Shown here in pieces: positions 14,505-25,727 of a stretch of DNA of 64,000 bases. Position numbers and translations under genes: made by a program. The notes under the pieces were generated by a model. That model was not told the DNA's origin. It searched no databases and saw only the letters and a program-made list of their open reading frames with translations. The stretch is from Eledone cirrhosa (Eukaryota). The stretch is taken from contig OZ024740.1 of NCBI GenBank assembly GCA_964016885.1, positions 180,730,001 through 180,794,000 on the forward strand. Reading direction: 5' to 3'. The first letter of the stretch is position 1, and every line of letters begins with the position of its first letter.

Positions 14505-14684
14505 TCAGTATCGGTAGAGGGTCGGACGCCATGCTTTCCAGTATAGTTACGTCCCTTTACGATCTGAGTTCAAATCCCGCCGAGGTTGACTTTGCCTTTC
14601 ATCCTTACGGGGTCGATAAAATAAAGTACCAGTAATGCACTGGATAATTGCTGGCCTTGTGCCTAAAGTAGAAACAATTATTAT
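14505..14684 (+). mobile_element. tRNA-derived SINE
   Basis: CAGTATCGGTAGAGGGTCGGACGCC...GAGTTCAAATCCCGCCGAGG...GTAGAAACAATTATTAT. Confidence 0.9.
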
Positions 14685-15179
14685 CTTCATCTTTATTTTT
14701 TATATATATATGTATCTCTTTATATCTCCCCCCCCTCTCTCCCTCTCCCACTCTATCCATCCCTCCCACTATGATCAAGTTAATTCTCTTTAACTCACTA
14801 CATTCCACGACTTGAAGTCTGCTATCAAAACTGACCAAGGAATCCTTCCACCTCCACCCTCCTTCCATCTCTGTTTGTCACTCTACTTCCTACCTCTACC
14901 CCCTTCCTTTCTCTCTATACTATTCCGTTTGTCCCCTCACCTTCTGAATCCTCTCTCTCTATACTAGTAAATACGATTCCAAATAAATGTTTTTCTCTAT
15001 ATATTAAGAACTATTTCAAGAGTAACTTACTATTTTGAAAATGTGGACTGTGAACAACAATTATAATTGAGTGGCTGCTATTTGCAGTATAACAATATAA
15101 GGTTGCACTTAACAATGAAACGGTCGTAAATACCTGGATAAAAGCCTTCTCTTAATGCATTCCTGTGTTTTCTCGTTTA

Positions 15180-15243
<64 letters not shown>

Positions 15244-15253
15244 ATATATATAA

Positions 15254-15332
<79 letters not shown>

Positions 15333-15577
15333 GATATACAATATATATATATATATACATACATACATACATACATTTACGTATGTATATAGCTATGCAT
15401 TTATACATTTGTATATATACATGTATTTACATTTATGTTTTTTTGGGGGTAAAGAGAAAAATGTCTCCAGATTTTATTATCTAGGGAGATTAAATACTAC
15501 AGCTCTGGTTGAAAGCTGACCAGGTTCTCAACCTCATCTAACACTAACGCAGGCCTGTGTGTGTGTATATATATATA

Positions 15578-15608
<31 letters not shown>

Positions 15609-15655
15609 ATGTATGTATGTATGTATGTATGTATGTATGTATGTATGTATGTATG

Positions 15656-16240
15656 TGTTGGTGCTACTGGTAACATGTATCCCAGTACAACCTGTCTTAT
15701 GGTCGGGTCATTGGCGACGAAACCGGCAACACCAGCAAGGTTTCTTGGTGAGGAGGGTGACTTTGGACATCCTGCAGGACTAAAAACAAAACCTGTCAAA
15801 TGGCAAAGGAGCTCTTAAGAGTCAATGGCCATCCAAATTCACCGGCGGAGATGAGCCCTTAGCCTTTGTCAAGGCAGAATTCTAGGAGAAACAAAACTCT
15901 GATATAACACCTGCAACCCTGATGGTATCCAATGTTCTTCTTTTTGGTAAATATCATCTTGGTTAAGAGAGTGGGACTGGGTTTGGGTACTGCCTTTGCT
16001 CACTATAAAAGCTTCACGGCACAGGCATTGCTTTATATCTGGAGATTTCCCTGCACTTGTCGTCACATGGTACCATGGCCCAGCACTATGTGTCAATAAT
16101 TGTCACAAGTGTAGTGTTTGTACCAGAGTATTCAAGTCGCTGGCTGGACTAAAGCGTCACATTTGTTCAGCGCATCGGTAGGGGTTCTCCTACATGGATA
16201 TAAAGTAGTGGCCGTACTCGAAAACGAGTTGGCAGCCACC
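15656..16240 (+). mobile_element. Internally deleted RTE-like non-autonomous element (5' region plus C-terminal C2H2 knuckle and 3' end) within (TATG)n
   Basis: [22 protein letters not shown] (ORF 15996-16181) resembles the terminal zinc knuckle of RTE ORFs; the 5' part (15660-15830) is homologous to the reverse complement of 25300-25472; microsatellite on both sides. Confidence 0.55.
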
Positions 16241-17810
16241 ATGTATATATGTGTATGTATATATATAAGTATGTATATAATACGTATGTATGTATGTATA
16301 TACATGTATGTATGTATATATGTGTGTATGTATATACATATATATGTATATATATATATGTATGTATATATATGTGTATGTACATACATGTATATGTATG
16401 TATATGTATATATGTATGTATATGTAATATGTATATGTTATATGTATGTATATGTATATGTGTATGTATATGTGTGTATGTATGTGTATGTATATGTATA
16501 TATATATATGTATATATATATGTATATATATGTATGTATGTGTATATATGTATGTATGTGTATGTATATGTATATATGTATGTATATATGTATGTATATG
16601 TGTGTATGTATATATATGTATATGTATGTATTATGAATGTACGTATGCATGTGTGTGTATGTTCGTATGTATGTATATGTATTCACCCACACCTTTCATC
16701 ACCATCGCTTCTGCTTGTCAATTCTGTTGAAGTTGTTGTTGTAACTGTTGTCAAAGTTGACATCCTTATGTTCATTTTCTTTGATTTCTTTCGTTTTTTT
16801 TTTTATCTCCCTATGGAATTCGTTGACAAGCTTCTTTTATTTATTTTATTCGTTTTCGTCATTCAAATGCATTCACACTGGCTGTCTAAGAGACGTACAA
16901 ATATGACTTATAAAACTTAGCAAACTAAACAAACTAAAGGGGCATCTAGCGCCCCCAAAGCTTCAAACTCCCCCCTAACGCTCCCTTGCTCCCAAATGAC
17001 CCCTTGAGCCCCGAACCGCCCCGAGGGGCATATTCCCCCCGTTGAGAACCTTTGTTGTATGTCATGAATATTGTGAAATGTACATTATCCATAACATTAT
17101 ACATATGAGAAGGGTGAGATTGAGGAAATACATAATTTTCCTTCTATGTGTTTGTCTCATTGTTCAACACTAATATTATTGATGGTTAGTATTGATATTG
17201 TGAAATACCAAAACTTGCATTTAAATATATTTATATATATGGATATTTTCTACAAGAGAAAGTTGATTGTATTCTTAAAATGAATTTCAGTTCAATATAT
17301 TCAAGAGTTTTGCGAGTAACGTATTTATCCGTAAGAGGAGATTATTAGAGGGCAACATATTTATTTACATATATAGAATTATATTTGTATAATTGTATTA
17401 TATGACGTATTTCGTATATGCATGCAATATATGTTATAGGTTCCGTTATTTTGTCAAATATTAAGCTATGGATTGTCATTTTCTATTTAGTGAACAAAAT
17501 AAATTATTCACGTATTGACATGCATCCATGTACATTACATTTCATATGCTGCTTCTGATATATATGTGTATATTAGTGTGTGTGTGCATGTGTGTGAGCG
17601 TGTGTCTGTGTATGTGTGTGTGTGTGTATCCCCGGTTTAATCGGGTGTAGCTACAGTAAATAAGTTGCTCAAAACATAGCAAAGTATAAATATTTGATAT
17701 AGAAATCGCTTCTACAGGACTAGAACGATTTAATTCCAAGGAATTCATCAGGAAAGCCCTTCCTGATGATTTGCTTCGAATAAAACAGCCATTCCTATAT
17801 TAAATTAAGT

Positions 17811-17878
<68 letters not shown>

Positions 17879-17882
<4 letters not shown>

Positions 17883-20421
17883 TAACTCGTCCCATGGTCT
17901 GAGGGCTCCACCACTACAGATATTACCTTCCAGTGTTCAACCACTATATACGTCTCCAGCAACGGTCAGCAGATCTTTTCACTACGTAGAAGTTTGGCTT
18001 TTAGCAGATCCTTCACCACGTGCGAGTTTGGCTTCTTACCCTGTGAGCACTCTCTCTATCTTCGTGTCCTACACAAGTTTGTGTCTCATCAACGTCAGTA
18101 TGGATTTATACGAACCGGATTACTCCCTGAAGAACATTCCCACTCACTCCAACCATGTTTACTAAAAGCCTCTCCTACAAAAAGCGTAAGATGTCGTCAG
18201 AAGCTTAAGATGGCGAACCCTAGCCTTTGACGGCAAAGTTACAGGCACCAATAACACCTTCAACCTGAAATCTAGAGCCTACCCTGCTAAGGTAACTCAA
18301 CTTGCTCCTTTCGAGGTGGACCTTCTTGACTTAGTCGCTAACATTTCCTTTCGCAAACACCCTAACACCTTTCAAACTAAACTTAGACATGATATTAAGA
18401 AATGTAGGTCTTCTAATAACACCTTCGTCCTTTCCGACAAATCTAATAATATTTACGAAGTCGTCAACAGCACTTTCCGCCACTTAGCTCATAACGCTAT
18501 TACTCCCAAATATAAGAAAGCTAACCCTATGTCCTACCACGCCATTAATACAGAAGCCAAACAACTTGCCGCCGCCCTTAAGGTAGATAAGAAGCTACAA
18601 TCTCTAGCTAAGCGGGAGGCGTTCCTCACCCTGAAAAATCACAAGGTAGACTTTACTTCTAACCGCACATGTAGACTAATAAACCCGGCACGCACAGATA
18701 TGGGACTAGTCAGTAAGGCCATACCTAGAAACATAGTTTAGACCATTAGGACCAAGTCCAACCTGCCTCAGTGGGAGAACAGCGACTCCGTAATTAACTG
18801 GTTTAACTCCTTCAAATCTAAAATAGCGAAGTTCACACAGTTTGACATTTACCCATCCATCTCAGAGACCCTGTTAAACAAAGCGTTGGACTTTTCTACC
18901 ACTTACACTACAGTCGATGGTTTAGACAGGGAAATCATCGCTCACTTTCGGAAAACCCTCCTCTTCAACAACGGAGTAGCCTGGGAAAAGAAGTCAACAA
19001 CTTCAGACCTATTCGATGTCTCCATGGGATAGATTGACAATGCTGACGTATGCGACTTGGTTGGCCTATTTATTTTAGACATATTACCGATTAGATTTCC
19101 GGACTTCCACACAGGAATATACCGCGACGATGGACTGACCTTATCGAGCCATAAAAGTGATCACGACCTCGACCGGTTTAAAAAAGACTTAGCTTCTACC
19201 TTCAATGTCTAACAGTAGCTACCAACCTCTGTAGCGTAGATTTCTTAGACATTAATTTAGACCTTCGCACAAAAACATACAGACCCTTCCATAAGCTAAA
19301 CGAAAAACTCAATTACATTTACAAGGACTCATGCCACCCTCCCACTGTTTTAAGAAACTTCGTAAATAATATTAGTACTAGAATGTCAAACCTCTCCTCT
19401 AATAAGGCTATATTTGACTGGGCGGCACCCTACTATAACAAGGCGTTAGCTAACAGCGGCTTCTTGCAACCTATCACTTACTCTCCTACTAACAACAACA
19501 GCAATAAGAAAAGAAAGCGTAACTATAGACAAACTATCTGGTGCTCTCCTCCCTTCTCACGCAACGTCAAATCCAATGTAGGCAAAAAATGTCTAGCCCT
19601 CTTAGATAGGCTCTTTCCAATAAGTCATAAATACTGTTCCATCTTTAACCGACACAAAGTAAAACTAGGATACTCCTGCGCTAAGAACATGAAGGCCCAC
19701 ATCACCAACAGCCCTAAGAACAACACCCCCACCAGGGTGCACTTGCCCTAAGCCCGGAGCTTGTCCCCTCCAACAGCAATGCAACACACCCGCTGTAGTT
19801 TATGAAGCTCTGGTCAATTCCAACCGACCAAATCAACCACAGGAGATCAAATCCTATGTGGGTATGGCAGAGGGCCGATTTAAGGAACGCTTCTTGAACC
19901 ATCAGTCGACCTTTAGGTACCCGGACAGACGTTCATCCACGATACTCGCGAGCCACGTATGGTTCCTCAAGGAGTCAAGTATAGACTACACCATTCAATG
20001 GAAAGCCATCACTAAGTCCAAGCCATACGCAAGGGGCAATTTGTTGTGTGGACTATGTATTGATGAACGAATAAATATTCTAAAGAGATTACGCAATAGT
20101 GATTGCCTAAACACGCGAAATGAATTCTTCACACGTTGTCCACACGTCTGGAAACATCTCTTACATAACTACAAAGTTCCGGATTGAATTACAACAACAT
20201 CCTAATTTTCTTATCAATTAGAAACTTTCTGACTTCCGCAGTTATCTCCCTTACACTTCTCGCACGCAATTTAGTATTGCCTGTGAGAAGTGATCTTTTC
20301 TGACCATGCGCGTTCGTACGGTTGTCCTTCCTGTCCGTATAACCATGTCCATTACGAGCTGACGATCCGCTAGGGTGAAACAATTGTTCTCGGTATGGTG
20401 AACTAACTGTTGTGTAACCAC

Positions 20422-20425
<4 letters not shown>
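17879..20425 (+). mobile_element. Penelope-like retroelement (Naiad-like), RT + GIY-YIG, frameshifted, inserted in (TA)n
   Basis: RT pieces CRLINPA, FDI..PSI and GIYRDDGL (about 19114); linker CTCPKPGACPLQQQC; endonuclease VVYEA...SYVGMAEGRFKERFLNHQSTF...CGLCIDE...LNTRNEFFTRCPH; (TA)n on both sides; hammerhead in the 3' pLTR. Confidence 0.9.
20355..20392 (+). ncRNA. Minimal type I hammerhead ribozyme in a PLE pLTR
   Basis: CGAG-CTGACGA-TCC GCTA GGGT-GAAA-CAATTG-TT-CTCG: stem I CGAG/CTCG, palindromic stem III ACAATTGT, GUU triplet. Confidence 0.8.
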
Positions 20426-20452
<27 letters not shown>

Positions 20453-20455
<3 letters not shown>

Positions 20456-20572
20456 GCCTGCCCGCCCAGACAGTGGGGTGGCGTTATCTAATGGCTAAAA
20501 CAGCACGACGTGCTGTGACCAGTGGCGCCGATTGACGCCCGACAGACTGGTCGGTCAAGGTGATCAAGGTGA
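20453..20572 (+). mobile_element. Probable 3' part of a second SINE family
   Basis: Short GC-rich island between (TA)n tracts, ending in the tandem tail GGTCAAGGTGATCAAGGTGAT; family assignment is from recollection only. Confidence 0.4.
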
Positions 20573-20647
20573 TATATATATATATATACGCGCACGCACA
20601 TACACATATACACACTCATACACACAAACATACACACACACACGCAA

Positions 20648-20689
<42 letters not shown>

Positions 20690-21879
20690 TAGATTTCTCT
20701 ATATAGTCTAGTACGGATATAGAAGTAGTGGACATATTAAAAAGGCGTTATGTGATTATGTATAATATGGTAGGAATGTTTATTTGATATATATTATGTT
20801 AGCAATATATACATACATATATATATATATATAAATCATTCATTAATTTGAATATGAAACACGGATATAATACATTTCTTGTTATTTGTGCTTTATTCTT
20901 ATTCAAGAGACTGTATTATAACCTGTCTTTTACCTCAGATATAGCGACTGGTAATTTTGGAATTTCAATATTGTGTAAAGTCACTTCTAAAACAATGTTC
21001 ATCATTAATGTCATCTAAATGGTCGTGAATTATCACTATGTCACATACTTCGCATTCTTTGTATCAGTCATAATATCTGTTGAGCCATACCAGGTATTAG
21101 TATAATTTATTAATATATAGGACAGCTATATTAAGGAAACATCTATATTTTGAAATTGTTGTTAAAATGAACGATGCTATATGATACTGTTTGTAATATA
21201 AAAATAATAGATTCCTTGTTTTCAAAAGTGTTTTTATTTTTAATTCTATGTTCAGTTTTAGACCGAGTGTAGAAAGTGAAGCAATTACACTAAGGAAATA
21301 CCATATTAGCCGTTGACAAAAGTAAAAGCAACTTACACATCTAATTATATGAAGCGTGAAAATAAGAATATAAGACATTTGTGAGTTTTAATTGGTACAA
21401 TGACATTCCATGTTATAATCGTTATATTAATTCGAAATACTATCTCGTTCTACATATAAGTATATGCAAGACAAGGTTCATGGTTTCACCAATAAGCTGC
21501 TTCATTGCTGTTGTTTTTGAACCTTTGGAATAGGCCTGTTATGTAATTACTCCTTTGCCGAAACCATGCTTTGAATATGATTGCTAGTCTGCAACGACAC
21601 ACACAAAGGTTAATCACTCCATGCTCTGGCTCCACGCAGCAATGACGAAATTACGTGAATACATCATATATATTGCACATTCAAATGTCACTGATCAGTG
21701 TGTGCGGGAATTATGTTATTTCATACCGATTCCCAGCTGTAATAACGAGTATTTCGTACTTATTCTAAGGACACTTGCATGCAACCTCGTCTGTTAAAAT
21801 ATTCAGGTAACTTTAATGGAAACAAAGGAATAAAATTAACTTACGAAAAACATATGTTACTACAGGAAAAAATATATAA

Positions 21880-22484
21880 TACTAGCAGTGGTACCCGGCG
21901 TTGCACGGTATAAGGTATGTTGGAACGCGGGCCGCCAACAGACCTGATCATGGAAACACTGCATGCCTGGAGAATATGTAAAGAAAATAAACCGAATAAA
22001 CTGGTGGCTGGATAATCTTTAAAATTTTCCTCGATGAAAAGGAAAAGTGCAGGTTTTCACCTAGATGATCTAGAAAATGAATTCTTTTCATGTGCATAAC
22101 ATGCCTTGAAATTTCAGGAAAATCGGCTAGACGTAACGCCTCAAAAAATCCCCCAAAAGCTGAAAAAGATGAAGTTTTTCACATAATGCGGGCCCTAGGC
22201 CATAAAAAAAGTTGGATTTTCTTTGCTCAGGGTATGAAGAAGAGACTGCCTAATACATAGTTACAATCTCAAAGAAATCGGTCTGACGTAACGCCTCAAA
22301 AATCCCCTAAAAATCTGATAAAACGCAGTTTTGCACCTAATTCAGACCCTAGGGGATCAAAAGGTTGAATACATTTAGGTGCGTAACACTCCCTGAAACA
22401 TAAGTAATACACATGTAAAGTTTAAAAAAGATCCGTTGGGTACTTCTCGAGTTTTAGGAATTCAAACTCACAGACACAGACACA

Positions 22485-22545
<61 letters not shown>

Positions 22546-22566
22546 TCCCGGTTATATATATAGAGA
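21880..22566 (+). mobile_element. Non-autonomous Helentron/DINE-1(HINE)-like element
   Basis: Starts ACTAGC..CCCGGCGTTGCACGG; internal direct repeats (GACGTAACGCCTCAAAA x2); subterminal (CAGA/CA)n; ends TTATATATATAGA; 3' part homologous to 31465-31560. Confidence 0.6.
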
Positions 22567-24970
22567 TTATACATCAATTTCAGCAGAAAGTATATATAAT
22601 TCTCTAGAAACAATGGATGCCCTAAGTAAATATAACGGAGGGGTTGATTATTACAATTAAATATATCTGTTATTGCTAAGAAAATACCGATCCACGAGCA
22701 TAGAATTCGATTACAAGTGAATCGTGTTTTCTCCAGATGTGAATATGTTATGTACAGGGATCATTTTCAAGATTTGCATAATAAATACAGATATCATGAT
22801 ATGTTATAATATGTCTTAATTAAGTTCATTTAATTGTAGAAGTTTTGAGTAGAAATTGGCAAATATCTAAGAAAAGTGTGTCACCATGCATTGTAATACA
22901 TAATAAATGAACATCGCAAAAATATGTGATATAAGTTACAGATTTCGTAGTTTCTTATTGTGAATATAATTTTTTTTTTTTTCTAGAATTTGATTATTTA
23001 TTTTCAGTCAATGATATATTTATAAATAGTGCATTTCGCAAACGGTATCATAGACATATCATTATACTATACGTAATGATATATATATATATTTGTACAT
23101 ATATTTCTCCAAATTATTTGAAATTAACCTAGTCTTGAATATTTGTTAATGATTACGTTAAGAATAGTAAGGAAAGAAATCTTCGTGGCATTTTGAATTA
23201 CGTGTTCGTATAAATTGAAATCAATTTCTGTTTGTATTAAATAAAACCAATAATAGCTTTATTTATATATTCATTTAAGTTTTGTTTCCATATTTCATAC
23301 GAAACACATTTTCTTTTCATGTGAGGTTATAGTGTGAAGATGTGAGATCATTTTATTATCTTAATTTATCATCATTTTTCTCACTTAAAATAATTCGAAT
23401 TTAAAGTGTAAACTTGATCTAAAACCACATGTACAAAAAAAAATGTTTCTAAAAATTGTAAATATACTTTCAAATGAAATTAAGATATTATAATGAAATC
23501 AATATTTGTAAAACTATAAATAGTTTTCGAAAAATTATTTTGAAGTAGTTCAATAAAAATGAACATAAAACTAAAAGTAAAAACACATTTTGAAACAAGA
23601 AATCTCTTATTTTTATATTACCAACAGTATCACATAGCATCGTTCATTCTAACAGTGAAGTATTTACAAAGATTTTTAAAGGAAAAGCAACATCAAACGA
23701 AAATAAACATTACTAAAAATTGAAAACGATTTCCATCAGGATTTTTATTTAATCTAATGAGAATGGCAATGCTAAAAACAAAAGAAAAAAGAACATATCT
23801 GAAAACAATACCTCAATAGTTATAATTTTATCATGTGTTATTTAACGATTTTCAGAAATATATTTTGTTCAATTTTCTGATATTTCTCACTCCTTGATAG
23901 ATGAATGACACTAACAACCATAATACGCATAAAACAGGTTGAATATTGATTTACTGTTTGGAAAACATTTGATTAATTTAAACACTCGTTAGAAAAGAAC
24001 TTTTGTGAAATATCAATATACAATGCTCCTATTTACATATCAATCGAGTACTTTAGATATCATCATTTTCCTTTAATGGATATCATTAACATGACACTTA
24101 ATTGTAGCAATATGCTTCTATTTTCTTGTTTTACACAACATTACGTTATTTCAATGGAACAAAATGAAATTATATGTGTTGTTTTTTGCTCATTTGGTGT
24201 ACTCACAATACAATTTGGACGATAATATATGTTATCATAATAAGGCAATTAGAAAAAAATATTTCAATGCTTTCCAATAATGTTAATAATGTTATTGAAA
24301 CAATGAAACAAATCATTATTAGTTAAATTTGAGTAGAAAATAGAATGTGAAGTTCAATTTACAAACGGCAGGTGTTTTATCACCCCCTTGAAATCCTCCA
24401 GCATATGTTATTGACATTAATTATATTAGTTGCACTATTTTCAGTATACACAATTTGCCGTGGTCGGAAAATCCCACAAGCAATTCCGCATATTGTGTGC
24501 CGTAGCATAATTGAGGCAATGAAGTGAAACATATTCACTAATAAATAATTTGGGTTAAAAATGTAGGAATTAGCAGGACATATATCGTTTATCGAAATCC
24601 ATAGGATTTATGTCTGAACATTAGCAGCACGATAAAGCCCTTTGGATAATTTGGGATCATATTAAACCATATCTCCCGGCATTGCTTGAGAGCTACTGCA
24701 CAGGCTTGTTGGCTTTTGAGGCATATATAATATTGACAATGAGAAGAGTGTGGAGTTATTCATTTGAAGAATAACATGAAAAAACTACCTGGAGAATGTT
24801 GCTCTATAAATATATAAGTAACATTAAGCATTTGATATTTCATCAGAATTATAAATTCTTACAATATTATTTATTTTGACATCATCATAACAATTCAGAG
24901 TTATTATATCAGGTAATATTGATGCGGTGAGGATTCCTAACTATTTTCCCCAATCATTATTTTAGTTTAT

Positions 24971-25160
24971 TTGGGTGGTGGATTGGCAGTATCAGTAGAG
25001 AGTCGGACACCATCCTTTGAAACATAGAGTTACGTCCCTTTATTATCTGAGTTCAAATCCCGCCGAGGTTAACTTTGCTTCTCATCCTTACGGGGTCGAT
25101 AAAATAAAGTACCAGTAAGGGACTGGGTAATTATTGGCCTTGTGCCAAAAAGTAGAAACA
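24971..25160 (+). mobile_element. tRNA-derived SINE, full-length, with 15-bp TSD
   Basis: A-box-like TGGCAGTATCAG and B-box GAGTTCAAATCCC; TSD ATTATTTTAGTTTAT at 24956-24970 and 25161-25175. Confidence 0.9.
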
Positions 25161-25179
25161 ATTATTTTAGTTTATGCAG

Positions 25180-25298
25180 AGGGCGGTGATTTTGGCAGTA
25201 TCGGTAGAGGGTTGGACGCCATGCTTTCTAACATAGTTACGTCCCTTTACGGTATGTGTTCAAATCCCGTCGGGGTTAACTTTGCCTTTCATCCTTAT
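25180..25298 (+). mobile_element. tRNA-derived SINE, 3'-truncated
   Basis: GGGCGGTGATTTTGGCAGTATCGG...GTTCAAATCCCGTCGGGGTTAACTTTGCCTTTCATCCTTA, then an abrupt switch to another repeat. Confidence 0.85.
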
Positions 25299-25475
25299 GG
25301 TGCCGTTGATTCTTATGAGTTCATTCACCATTTGACATGTGTATTTTTTGACCTGCAGGATGTCCAAAATCACCGTTCTCACCAAGGAAACTTGGGGTGA
25401 GGGCTGCCGGATTAATCGCCGACGACCCGACCGTGGGAAAGGTTGAACAGAGTTAGATGTTACCATTAGCACTCA
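25299..25475 (-). mobile_element. Fragment homologous to the 5' region of the RTE-like element at 15656
   Basis: The reverse complement shares GTGCTA.TGGTAACAT, GGTCGGGTC.T.GGCGA, TTGGTGAG and TTTGGACATCCTGCAGG with 15660-15830. Confidence 0.65.
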
Positions 25476-25664
25476 AGAGCCACCCGACACATACCCCCCC
25501 CCCCACATATATGTATATATATAAACATATATATATATATATTAATAAATAAATAAATTCGTCCTCAAAAATAGTTTAAATGCTGTGGAACTAACTTCTA
25601 TATATACATACTAAGATGTTGAAACGATATGCGATCAGCCGTCCAAAATCCTTCATATATATAT

Positions 25665-25727
<63 letters not shown>

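Larger units (their letters stand above)
13272..17054. mobile_element. Possible old hAT (Charlie-like) element carrying nested SINE, RTE and microsatellite insertions
   Basis: Inverted termini GTTCTCAAC (13277-13285) and GTTGAGAAC (17041-17049), with GCCCC-rich subterminal repeats at both ends; no clear TSD or transposase ORF. Confidence 0.4.

Noticed and set aside
15996-16181. C2H2 zinc finger as a host zinc-finger gene exon
   Set aside because: A single finger with no TGEKP linkers, followed directly by a stop and a microsatellite tail; it fits an RTE C-terminus better
17743-17770. Two head-to-head CTGATGA motifs (TCATCAGGAA-AGCCC-TTCCTGATGA)
   Set aside because: Neither is followed by a properly placed GAAA, stem III and NUH triplet; at most a decayed relic
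19700-20187. Selenocysteine (in-frame UGA) recoding, as reported for some Naiad PLEs
   Set aside because: The conserved Cys positions in the linker and GIY-YIG are ordinary TGC/TGT codons; the breaks are frameshifts or other stops
24350-24950. Possible pogo/Tigger transposase remnant on the minus strand
   Set aside because: Only vague similarity (PANS..NP); no TIRs or DDD motif that I can verify
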